Virus record (IMG/VR): IMGVR_UViG_2895427314_000003
Span: 24,745-88,744 of that record
DNA: 64,000 nucleotides
Reading direction: 5' to 3' (one strand)
DNA from: a virus
Lineage: Duplodnaviria > Caudoviricetes
Made by a program: the position numbers and the translations under genes. The notes below the pieces were generated by a model, which worked only from the letters and a program-made list of their open reading frames with translations, had not been told where the DNA came from and made no database searches. Positions 17,620-26,239 of this stretch are shown here, piece by piece. Within the stretch, counting starts at the first letter, position 1, and each line of letters opens with the position of its first letter.

Positions 17620-20505
17620 GTGGCGATTGCGATCGACTCCTCTTCGCCTGCCCTGGTCACCGACACTGACGCCGTCACCACGGCGAGTTTCACCGCGCCC
17701 GCCAACAGTCTCCTGGTGGCGTTGTGTGCCTCCAACTCCGGAGCGGTCACCCACACCGTGACCAACTCGGGGACCGCGTTGACGTGGACGTCGCGGGTGC
17801 GGCGGATGCTGGGCGACGACGCGGGCGCGTACACGCCGGCGGTGGAGATTTTCACCGCCCCCGCTGCCGCGTCGGCGGCCCGCACCGTCACCCTGACGAG
17901 CAGCAACGGCGGAGACTTCGTCGTCTTGAAGCTGCTGGTGGTGACGGGTGCGGACCTGGCGTCTCCTGTGGGGAACGTCGGCGAAGGCAGCTCGGCCACC
18001 AGCAGCATCACCCCGGCTGTCTACACCTCCAGCGTCGCGGGTTCCCGAGCGGTCGGCATCGCGGTGGACGCCCTCGAATCGGGCGCCGTCACCAGCAGCG
18101 ACACGGGCTTCCCGTGGGATGAGTTCTTCCAGACTGCCGGGATAGCGGTCCACAAGGCCGCCAACACGGGGTCTTCTGGCACGTCAGTCACCCTGAACTT
18201 CAATGGTGGCGGCCTGTCGCGCGAGTGGAACTGGGCGGCGGCGGAGATCAAACCGTCTGCGGGTACGGGCGCGACCGCGACCCCTGCTGCGGTGTCGGCT
18301 ACCGCGTCGGTCCCGTCCCCGGCGGTGTCGGTGACCGCGACGGCGACTCCTGCGGTGGTGCCGGCTTCGGCGGCCGTTCCGGCTCCTTCCCCCCGTACGG
18401 GCTCAACCGCCACCCCGGCCGTGGTGGCGGCGACGGCGGCGATTCCCGCCCCGTTGGTGTCAGCCAGCGCGACACCCTCGCCCGCAACGGTGGCAGCGAC
18501 CGCATCCGTCCCGGCTGCGACCGTGTCGGCGCAGGCGTCAGCGACCGCAACCCCGCCAGTGGTCGCGGCTACCGCTGTCGTGCCCGCCCCGGCAGTGTCC
18601 ACCAGCGCGGCCGTCGAGTTCGTCGACGCCGCCCACTCCGAATCCACCATCGGTAACCTGCCCGTCGGCATCCAGGAAGGCGACGTCCTCCTCGCGATCG
18701 TCCAAGACGCGGAACTCCTGGACGGGCCTGACGGTTGGACGGAGATCGGCGTCGGCCGGGTGGGCCAGCAATTCGACGGCAACGCCTGGACCACGACCGT
18801 CACCGGCGACCCGACCGACCACACCTGGATCGGGTCCAGCAGCGGCCCCATCATCGACATCCTCGCCTACCGCGGTACGACCGCGCCGGCCATCTACGCC
18901 CAGTCCGACGCCGCCGACCCGGTAGCGCCATCGGTGACCACCGTCACGGCGAACTCGCTGCTGGTGGTCCTGTACGCGGACGAGTCGTCGCAGGATTTGA
19001 CCGCCCCAGCCGGGATGACCGACCGGACCCCGCTGTCCGCGCAGGCCTACAACGCCGAAGCGGATCAGGTCGTCGCCTCTCCCGGCGCCACGGGCACGCG
19101 CACGTTCGGCGGTGTCGGTGACGCGATCGGCGCCTGGTCGATCGTGCTGGAGCCCGCCGCCCCGGACGGGAACGCCACCGCCAGCCCGCCCGCCGTCTCC
19201 GCCACCGCGGCGATCCCGGCCCCTGCATCAAGCACGAGCTCTGCGGCTTCGCCGGCTGTGGTGGCCGCGCTGGCGAGCATCCCGTCGCCGTCCACACGAA
19301 CGGGCTCGGCTGCAGGCCCGGCTACTGTCCCCGCCGCGGCGTCCATCCCTGCCCCGGGCGTCGCGGCGGGCTCCACCCCAACCCCTGCCGCCGTCCAGGC
19401 CGCCGCGTCCATCCCCGCCCTTGCCATTTCCACCGGCTCTACAGCCGCCACGAACGTCGTCGCAGCCACGGCGACGATCCCGGCGCCCACCACCACGGCC
19501 GGGGCGACCGCGGCTCCTGACGTGGTTCCAGCGACCACCACCGTCCCGCAGGCGACCACCACGACGGGCTCAACGGCGAGCCCCTCCGTTGTCGCCGGCA
19601 CAACACAGACCCCCGCTCCAGCCGTCTCAGCGGGCGCTACGGTCACAGCCGGCGCGGTCCAGGCCGTAGCGTCTGTTCCTCAGCCGGCCGTCGCCACCGG
19701 TCAGGTTGCGCAACCTGCGACCGTCACCGCGACGGCCGCCATCCCGGCGCCCACCGTTTCGTACGGGCAGACCGTCACCCCTGCCGTCGTCGCTGCTTTC
19801 GCTTCAGTTCCGGCGCCGAGCATCCAGACGGGCTCCAGCTCCACCGCCACCCCGGACACGGTGACCGCCGCCGCGGCGATCGCGTCTCCGGCCGTGACGA
19901 CTGGAGCGACCGCGCAGCCTCCTGTGGCGGCTGCTACAGCGTCCGTGAGCGCCCCTCAGGTGTCGGCAGGCTCCACCGCCCCGCCGGACCCCGTGGAAGC
20001 GTCTGCGTCGATTCCAGCGCCAACCGTCAGCGCGGGAGCGACCGCAACGCCCGGCACCGTCCAGGCGAGCACCAGCATCCCGGCCCCGACTGTCGAAGCC
20101 GACGGGAACGCCGCCGCCACACCAGCGACGGTCACCGCCGCGGCGAGCATCCCGTCCCCGGCCACGGGCACCAGCTCCACGGCCACGCCGGCCGTCGTGC
20201 TCGCCACCGCTGCCGTGCCCACGCCGACGACCTCGGTCCTGGTTGCTGCCACGCCCGCGGCTGTGCAGGCCTTCGCCACGATCCCCGCGGCCCTGGTGTC
20301 GACGACAGCACGTCCTCCCGCCGTGGCTGCGGTCGCGTCCATCTCGGCGCCGTCCGTGTCCGCGGGAGCGTCTCCCGATCATCTACCCCCAAGGCTCGGC
20401 GGCGCTCTGGTCGCCCAGCACAGCCTGGGCGGCTCCCGAATCGAAGGCCATGGTCTCGGCGGCTCCAAGGTCACCACGGGTCAGCTCGGCGGATCTCTCA
20501 CGTGA
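17620..20505 (+). CDS. Long fibre/minor tail-like protein with about 23 Ala/Thr/Pro/Val 22-aa repeats and two globular domains
   Basis: Repeat consensus GSTATPAVVAATASIPAPxVSA; beta-rich N-terminal and internal domains. Confidence 0.75.
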   Translation: MAIAIDSSSPALVTDTDAVTTASFTAPANSLLVALCASNSGAVTHTVTNSGTALTWTSRVRRMLGDDAGAYTPAVEIFTAPAAASAARTVTLTSSNGGDFVVLKLLVVTGADLASPVGNVGEGSSATSSITPAVYTSSVAGSRAVGIAVDALESGAVTSSDTGFPWDEFFQTAGIAVHKAANTGSSGTSVTLNFNGGGLSREWNWAAAEIKPSAGTGATATPAAVSATASVPSPAVSVTATATPAVVPASAAVPAPSPRTGSTATPAVVAATAAIPAPLVSASATPSPATVAATASVPAATVSAQASATATPPVVAATAVVPAPAVSTSAAVEFVDAAHSESTIGNLPVGIQEGDVLLAIVQDAELLDGPDGWTEIGVGRVGQQFDGNAWTTTVTGDPTDHTWIGSSSGPIIDILAYRGTTAPAIYAQSDAADPVAPSVTTVTANSLLVVLYADESSQDLTAPAGMTDRTPLSAQAYNAEADQVVASPGATGTRTFGGVGDAIGAWSIVLEPAAPDGNATASPPAVSATAAIPAPASSTSSAASPAVVAALASIPSPSTRTGSAAGPATVPAAASIPAPGVAAGSTPTPAAVQAAASIPALAISTGSTAATNVVAATATIPAPTTTAGATAAPDVVPATTTVPQATTTTGSTASPSVVAGTTQTPAPAVSAGATVTAGAVQAVASVPQPAVATGQVAQPATVTATAAIPAPTVSYGQTVTPAVVAAFASVPAPSIQTGSSSTATPDTVTAAAAIASPAVTTGATAQPPVAAATASVSAPQVSAGSTAPPDPVEASASIPAPTVSAGATATPGTVQASTSIPAPTVEADGNAAATPATVTAAASIPSPATGTSSTATPAVVLATAAVPTPTTSVLVAATPAAVQAFATIPAALVSTTARPPAVAAVASISAPSVSAGASPDHLPPRLGGALVAQHSLGGSRIEGHGLGGSKVTTGQLGGSLT

Positions 20506-20518
20506 GGAGGTGGACGCG

Positions 20519-20866
20519 GTGCCGGACTTCGTCAACTTGACGCTGGTGGAGGACGACAACGAGTCCGCGTCCTTCCGCATCGTCGACGACTCGGGGACCG
20601 CTCTCAGCCTCACGGGCGCGGACGTGTTCGCTGTCATCAAGGCGAGCCAGGCTGTGGAGGACGACGCCTCGACGGGCGTGTTCACGCTGACCGAGGGCGA
20701 CGGCGTCACGATCGACGACGCAGCCCAAGGCCTGATCACGCTCACCTTCCCCGAGAGTGTGACCGAGTCGCCGGGCGTCTGGTTCTACAAGATCAGAGTG
20801 ACTCGCGGATCCCCATCGGCTACCAAGACAGCCATCGAGGGGTGGCTGTCCGTCGCCGATGCCTAG
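20519..20866 (+). CDS. BppU N-terminal/Ig-like structural protein
   Basis: LSLTGADV...IK....DD......LT...GVTI.DAAQG.ITL.F pattern; GAGGAGG RBS. Confidence 0.6.
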   Translation: MPDFVNLTLVEDDNESASFRIVDDSGTALSLTGADVFAVIKASQAVEDDASTGVFTLTEGDGVTIDDAAQGLITLTFPESVTESPGVWFYKIRVTRGSPSATKTAIEGWLSVADA

Positions 20867-21221
20867 GCGGGCAGCGTCGGTCTGTAGCACGCCGGGCTGC
20901 CCGAACCTGTGCGACGGCGGCCGGTGCCCGGAGTGCCGTAGCGCTGCTGAGAAGGCTCGTGGCAGCGCCTCACAGCGCGGCTACGGCTCCCGCCATCGTG
21001 ATCGGTTCCGTACGGGCGTGCTGGCGAAGCACCCCACGTGCGTGCTGTGTGGAGCCGCACGGAGCACCGTGGCGGACCATCACCCGATGGACCGCCGAGA
21101 GCTGGTAGCCCGAGGGCTGGACCCGGACGACCCGAAGTACGGGCGCGGCCTGTGTGCCTCATGTCACGGCAAGGCCACACAGGCGAACGAGAGCCAAAAG
21201 GGCGGCTGGAACGCCCGATAG
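20859..21221 (+). CDS. Packaging-associated HNH endonuclease
   Basis: C..PGCP...CP.C, RGYG..H...R..VL...P.C..C...ADH...LC..CH..AT. Confidence 0.9.
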   Translation: MPRRAASVCSTPGCPNLCDGGRCPECRSAAEKARGSASQRGYGSRHRDRFRTGVLAKHPTCVLCGAARSTVADHHPMDRRELVARGLDPDDPKYGRGLCASCHGKATQANESQKGGWNAR

Positions 21222-21333
21222 TAACTCTCCGTGCACGTCGTCCTGACGTGCACAAAGTCAGCCTCTCGCACGGGCGGGTAACCGTCGAAGCGCCCGCCCA
21301 TGTTACGCACCGTTGCCACGAAGGAGTTCGGTC

Positions 21334-21486
21334 ATGAACGTCCCCGACCTCTTCACTCTTCTCGCCCTGATCGCTTTCCTCGCAGCCTCCGTAGTGGGCT
21401 TCGTCCACAAGTCGTGGGTCGCAGCCCTGTTCTGCCTCGGCTTCGCCTTCCTCGTGCTGGCCGGCGCCGACCTGATCAACCCTTGA
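21334..21486 (+). CDS. Small two-TM membrane protein (50 aa)
   Basis: Translated by hand: MNVPDLFTLLALIAFLAASVVGFVHKSWVAALFCLGFAFLVLAGADLINP; AAGGAG RBS. Confidence 0.65.
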   Translation: MNVPDLFTLLALIAFLAASVVGFVHKSWVAALFCLGFAFLVLAGADLINP

Positions 21487-21576
21487 CCCACACAAGATCC
21501 TCCCGTTCGCGGCGGGAGGTAGACGGCCCCTGAGATCTCCCTGACTCAGGGGCCGTCGCCACACCAGGGAGAAACC

Positions 21577-21843
21577 ATGCAAGAGCGCGAACTGTCCATC
21601 ACCGGACCGGTCTTCGGCCCGACAGTGAAGCTCGGCGACCATGAACTGAGCCGAGCCCTGCGCGGTCTGACGATCCGCTTCCAAGCAGGCGAACGCCCGG
21701 CCGTCGAGGCTGAACTCCTCATCGACGCCATCGAGGTGGCCGATCTCGGCGTCCGAGACTCCGAGGTCGTCCTGTCCATGCCCGACGCAGCGCGAGACGC
21801 GCTGATCGCTCTCGGCTGGACTCCTCCGGCAGGTGACCGATGA
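21577..21843 (+). CDS. Hypothetical phage protein
   Basis: GGGAG RBS. Confidence 0.7.
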   Translation: MQERELSITGPVFGPTVKLGDHELSRALRGLTIRFQAGERPAVEAELLIDAIEVADLGVRDSEVVLSMPDAARDALIALGWTPPAGDR

Positions 21844-22142
21844 CCACGGTCCGCGTCTCCTGGGTCCCCGCTACCGGCGAGCCTGTCGAGCTCGGAGAAA
21901 CCGTGTCGGACCTGAAGTTCGTCACCGGCCCGCCTACGCCGATCGAGATGCTGTCCAAGACTCAACGGTTCCTCGTGGTCTCTCCGTCGCTCCTGGAGCG
22001 GACGGGACCGTACACGCTCAAGCTGCGAGGCCGCCTGCTCTGGTCCGGCTACCGGCTGGTGTTCGGCCGCACGAGCCCGCGCTCCCGCAGGGCGAAGACG
22101 GAGTACCACCGCCGCTCCCGCTCGCGGGGGAGGAAGCGGTGA
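21840..22142 (+). CDS. Hypothetical basic protein
   Basis: ATGA overlap. Confidence 0.55.
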   Translation: MTTVRVSWVPATGEPVELGETVSDLKFVTGPPTPIEMLSKTQRFLVVSPSLLERTGPYTLKLRGRLLWSGYRLVFGRTSPRSRRAKTEYHRRSRSRGRKR

Positions 22143-22636
22143 GCGCCCGCGTCGTCCACGCCGTGAGGTGCGCCCCCGACTCGACCTCGCCAGTGAAGAT
22201 GTTCTGGCGCTGCTCCTGTGGCGGTGACGGCCATGATGTGCCAGGAGCGCAGCTTCCCTGCCCTTCCTGCGGCGAGACGATCCGCGTGCCCGAGACGCCA
22301 ACGGACGCGCCCGTCTCCTCCCCCGAACTCATCGCTGGCGTGGAGCGGGCCACGCAGGAAGCCCTGTCCAGAGACATGCGCTTCGATCTTCGTGAACTCG
22401 CCTACCGCATCCTCATCAACCCGGACCTGGTCTTGTTCGGGCAGAGAGGCGGAGGCGTCGGCATGTACTGCCGGGCCTGCACGCCGATAGCTCATGAGAC
22501 GATCGCCTACCTCGGAGCGAAGGAAGGCGAGCAAGCAGCGAACACGGGCATCACCTTCGCCACGTCCGTCTCCGGGCTGTGGAGCCAGGCCCTCATCCAC
22601 CTCGCCATTCACCACCCGGCAGCAGGTGACCGATGA
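22139..22636 (+). CDS. Cys/His-containing protein
   Basis: CSC, CPSC, GGVGMYCRAC...GLW....HLA.HH. Confidence 0.6.
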   Translation: MSARVVHAVRCAPDSTSPVKMFWRCSCGGDGHDVPGAQLPCPSCGETIRVPETPTDAPVSSPELIAGVERATQEALSRDMRFDLRELAYRILINPDLVLFGQRGGGVGMYCRACTPIAHETIAYLGAKEGEQAANTGITFATSVSGLWSQALIHLAIHHPAAGDR

Positions 22637-22932
22637 GCATCGTCCCTGTCCCGATAGACGAGACGCAACGCACCATCGACCTGCCACCAGGCCCGGCCCT
22701 GCTGTACGTGACCGAGGGCGACAACCCGACGATCACCATCCTGGACCGCGCCCCCATCGGGAACCTGCCCGCAGGCCGTGATCGAGTAGTGTGCCTTGCC
22801 TTGCTCGGGTACGTCATCGAACAACTTCACGCGCCCAGGCTGCACATCGAGAACTGCGAGCCCGGCTCTCCCGAAGACCTCGCCGCTCGCAAACGGTTCG
22901 GCCTCAGGACGCCCACCCGCGAGAGAGAATGA
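22633..22932 (+). CDS. Hypothetical phage protein
   Basis: ATGA overlaps. Confidence 0.6.
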   Translation: MSIVPVPIDETQRTIDLPPGPALLYVTEGDNPTITILDRAPIGNLPAGRDRVVCLALLGYVIEQLHAPRLHIENCEPGSPEDLAARKRFGLRTPTRERE

Positions 22933-23270
22933 CGGGCATGGAGATCGCCGCCACCGTCACCTATCAGGGACAGGCCATGCTCATCCCGAAGAGCGACGGC
23001 CGGGACTATCCGTGCCAGGCGCGAGTCCGCGTCTACCACGACATCCCCGACCTTGGCGGTGACCGGCCATACATCAGGGATGCGCACAGGTGGGACGCGG
23101 ACATCACCGGCGATCTACTGACGGACGCACGCCCACCCTACGGCGAGGCCACGCTGCGCCTCCCCGACGGCAGCACCGGCGACGCCATGTTCCAGGCGAC
23201 CGCACCGCGAGTCGGTTCACTGACGTGGGACGGCGCACTCACCGGCCTCGGACGGTCGCCCACCGAGTAG
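22929..23270 (+). CDS. DUF4873-like protein
   Basis: Y.G.A.LI...ARVRVY...W...ITG...GEATLRLPDG..G pattern. Confidence 0.5.
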   Translation: MTGMEIAATVTYQGQAMLIPKSDGRDYPCQARVRVYHDIPDLGGDRPYIRDAHRWDADITGDLLTDARPPYGEATLRLPDGSTGDAMFQATAPRVGSLTWDGALTGLGRSPTE

Positions 23271-23282
23271 CGCGGTAAGGAG

Positions 23283-23555
23283 GTGCTGGTGACAGTGGAC
23301 CAGAACCTCCATGACCGAGCGCCTGTCGATGCTCTCCTCGAAGCCCTGACCCACCCGTCCCTCTACCTCCTGGGTGGCGAGGACGGAGGAGTAGGGCTCC
23401 ACTGCCGCGACCACCATGACGGCGGCCGGCCTCTCGCCTACTACGACCGGACCGGTAGCACGTACCCAGACCCGTGCGTGGCCAACATCGCCACCATCCC
23501 GGGCCTATGGGCTCACGCCATAGACCACCTGGCAGCCCAGCACCAGCAGCCCTGA
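23283..23555 (+). CDS. Hypothetical protein, paralog of the C-terminal part of 22139-22636
   Basis: GGVGLHCR...LAYY...GLWAHAIDHLAAQH; AAGGAGG RBS. Confidence 0.65.
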   Translation: MLVTVDQNLHDRAPVDALLEALTHPSLYLLGGEDGGVGLHCRDHHDGGRPLAYYDRTGSTYPDPCVANIATIPGLWAHAIDHLAAQHQQP

Positions 23556-23556
23556 C

Positions 23557-23904
23557 CTACCTGTGCTTCAGCCTGGTGAGCTTCAGGTCCTCACCCTCAC
23601 CTGCTGCGAGCACCACCACGTACGGCGTGGCATCCACGCCACCACCGACGAACACACCGCGGAACGTACGGCCGGCATCCATGTCCCTCGCCACCCGTGA
23701 TGCTGCGCCCTTGGCCAGGTAGCCGATCGACACAGGGATCTCACCCTGGCTCGGCACCACAGCCAACACCCGCACCGCGTCCGAGTCGTAAGGATTGTCC
23801 GGCTCACGCACCAGCTCGACCTCAGAGCCTGCCTTCACATACCTCGCGAGATCGCCCTGGTACTTCGCTCCACGCAACTTCACTGCGGAGTACTCGACAT
23901 GCAT
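23557..23904 (-). CDS. Stand-alone HIRAN domain protein
   Basis: V.L.G.KY...VELVREPDNPYDSDAVRV...IGYL.K..A..VA..MD. Confidence 0.85.
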   Translation of the reverse strand: MHVEYSAVKLRGAKYQGDLARYVKAGSEVELVREPDNPYDSDAVRVLAVVPSQGEIPVSIGYLAKGAASRVARDMDAGRTFRGVFVGGGVDATPYVVVLAAGEGEDLKLTRLKHR

Positions 23905-24129
23905 GCGAAACAGCAGACCACCTCATGATCCGCGCGAACACGCGAGCGAGGTAACTGTCCGTATCTGGACACGGTGCCGGGGTGGGGCATGACCTGCTAC
24001 AAACATGCTAAAACGAGGACCGCGGGGGAGGCGGCTCCGAGGTCCGCCAGGTCAGAGAGTCCTTGATCAACTTCAGGTGGTGACGCAAGGTGACCATCGC
24101 CCGATGCCGCGCAACGCGGCTGAGGAGTA

Positions 24130-24609
24130 GTGAGTGCTATGCCGAGAGGCGGACACGCCGCGTCCGGTCCTGCGCCTGATCCGAACGCGCTCCGGCGCAG
24201 TCGGCCCGCGGACGCAGCCACGTGGACCACCCTTCCTTCTGAGGGACGGGATGGAGACCCTCCCGAGTGGCCTCTGCTCGAACCGGACGGCCGCGAGTGG
24301 GAGCTGTGGACGGACTTCTGGTCCCGCCCGCAGGCGCTGATGTGGGAGAAGATGGGCCAGCTTTACGAGGTCGCGATGTGCGTGCGCATGCTGGCCCGCG
24401 CCGAGCAGCCGAAGTCGTCGATCGAGCTGCAGAAGGTGGTCCGGCAGTACTTCGACTCGCTCGGGCTGTCCACGCAGGGCATGCTGCGCAACCGGTGGCG
24501 GCTGTCGGATGCGGCGCCGGCCGAGCCGTCGAAGGCGCAGAAGGCTCCGCTGCGTAGGTCGGCGAGGAGTCGTCTCACGGTGATCTCGGGCGATGCCTCC
24601 GGCGAGTGA
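24130..24609 (+). CDS. terS: Terminase small subunit
   Basis: GG..SGPAPDPNALRR...PPEWPL...W...W..PQA..W; overlaps terL. Confidence 0.85.
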   Translation: MSAMPRGGHAASGPAPDPNALRRSRPADAATWTTLPSEGRDGDPPEWPLLEPDGREWELWTDFWSRPQALMWEKMGQLYEVAMCVRMLARAEQPKSSIELQKVVRQYFDSLGLSTQGMLRNRWRLSDAAPAEPSKAQKAPLRRSARSRLTVISGDASGE

Positions 24610-26233
24610 GTTCGTCGTCGACTTTCCGACGCTGTGGGTGGCGATCGACTGGATCGAGGAGCATTGCAGCGTCCCGGACGGGTTCCGCAAGGGCGACCGG
24701 TTCGAGATGTACGACTGGCAGCTCTGGTGCACGGCCAACCATTACCGGGTCAAGCCGGCCGCCACGCTGGGCCAGTTGGCTCCTGCGTTCCACAATCGGC
24801 GCTCGCAGGTCATCGCTCCGCAGAAGACCGGCAAGGGGCCGTGGTCGGCGTCGATCATCTGTCTTGAGGCTGTCGGGCCTGCCGTGTTCGCGGGCTGGGC
24901 CACGGGCCATGAGGTGTACGACTGCCGCGACTACGGGTGCGGGTGCGGCTGGTCGTACGAGTACGAGCCGGGCGAGCCGATGGGCATGCCGTGGCCGACA
25001 CCGCTGATCCAGCTCCTGGCCACGTCCGAAGACCAGGTCGACAACGTGTACCGGCCGCTGCAGGCGATGGCCAAGTCGGGGCCGCTCGCGGATCTGATGC
25101 GGACGGGCGAGGAGTTCATCCGGCTGCCGAACGATGGCCGGATCGACGTCGTCACCTCGTCGGCGACGTCACGGCTGGGTAACCCGATCACGTTCGCGAT
25201 GCAGGACGAGACGGGCCTGTACACGAAGACGAACAAGATGGTGCGCGTCGCCGAGACGCAGCGGCGCGGCGCCGCCGGCATGGGCGGGCGGACGATGGAG
25301 ACGTCGAATGCCTGGGACCCGTCCGAGGAGTCGGTAGCGCAGAGGACGTCGGAGTCGCAGCGGCCGGACATCTTCAAGTTCCACCGCGTCCCGCCTGCCC
25401 ACCTGTCGTACAAGAACAAGGCCGAGCGGGCGAAGATTCACCGGTTCGTGTACCGCGGCTCCACTCACGTTGACCTTGACGCGATCGAAGCCGAGGCAGC
25501 GGAGCTGCTGGAGAAGGACCCGGCGCAGGCCGAACGGTTCTTCGGCAACAGGGTCGTGTACGGCCAGGGCGGCTACATCGACGGCGACGTTTGGGACGGT
25601 CGGGAGGCGCCCCGCGAGGTCCCCGACGGTACGCCGATCGTGCTCGGCTTCGACGGCAGCGATGTGGACGACTGGACGGGCATCCGCGCGGAGACCGCGG
25701 ACGGCTACCAGTTCACCCCCACGTACGGGCCTGACAAGGTGCCGACGGTGTGGGATCCGGCGGCGTTCAGCGGCCAGGTGCCGCGGCTTGAAGTGTCTGC
25801 CGCTGTGGACGAGCTCATGACGCGTTTCCAGGTGGTGCGCATGTACGCGGATCCGCCGGACTGGAAGTCGGAGATCGACGCCTGGGTGGAGAAGTACGGC
25901 GAGAAGGTCGTCATCCGGTGGGCGACGTACCGGCCGGTGCAGATGCACGCCGCGTGTCAGCGGCTGCTGGTCGATGTCGGCAAGGCAGGGTCGCCGTTCA
26001 CGCATGACGGCTGCCCGACGACCGCGATCCACCAGCGGAACACGCGAAAAGCGCCACGGCCTGGCCAGCGGTACGTGCTGGCGAAGGCGTCCCCCACTCA
26101 GAAGATCGACCTGACCGTGTGCTCCGTTCTCGCGCACGAGGCGTACGGTGACGCGCTTGCTGCGGGCCTGTTCACGGTCGAGAAACCCGCGGAGAACCTG
26201 ATCTACACGGCGTCATCGACACGGCGGAGGTGA
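24593..26233 (+). CDS. terL: Terminase large subunit
   Basis: PQKTGKGP Walker A variant, FAMQDETG Walker B, LGFDGS..DDWT nuclease motif, KIDL. Confidence 0.95.
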   Translation: MPPASEFVVDFPTLWVAIDWIEEHCSVPDGFRKGDRFEMYDWQLWCTANHYRVKPAATLGQLAPAFHNRRSQVIAPQKTGKGPWSASIICLEAVGPAVFAGWATGHEVYDCRDYGCGCGWSYEYEPGEPMGMPWPTPLIQLLATSEDQVDNVYRPLQAMAKSGPLADLMRTGEEFIRLPNDGRIDVVTSSATSRLGNPITFAMQDETGLYTKTNKMVRVAETQRRGAAGMGGRTMETSNAWDPSEESVAQRTSESQRPDIFKFHRVPPAHLSYKNKAERAKIHRFVYRGSTHVDLDAIEAEAAELLEKDPAQAERFFGNRVVYGQGGYIDGDVWDGREAPREVPDGTPIVLGFDGSDVDDWTGIRAETADGYQFTPTYGPDKVPTVWDPAAFSGQVPRLEVSAAVDELMTRFQVVRMYADPPDWKSEIDAWVEKYGEKVVIRWATYRPVQMHAACQRLLVDVGKAGSPFTHDGCPTTAIHQRNTRKAPRPGQRYVLAKASPTQKIDLTVCSVLAHEAYGDALAAGLFTVEKPAENLIYTASSTRRR

Positions 26234-26239
26234 CGCCCG

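Noticed and set aside
19160-20370. Roughly 66-bp periodicity that could suggest a CRISPR array or DGR repeat
   Set aside because: It is the coding 22-aa repeat; no identical direct repeats with unique spacers, and no cas or reverse transcriptase gene in the window.
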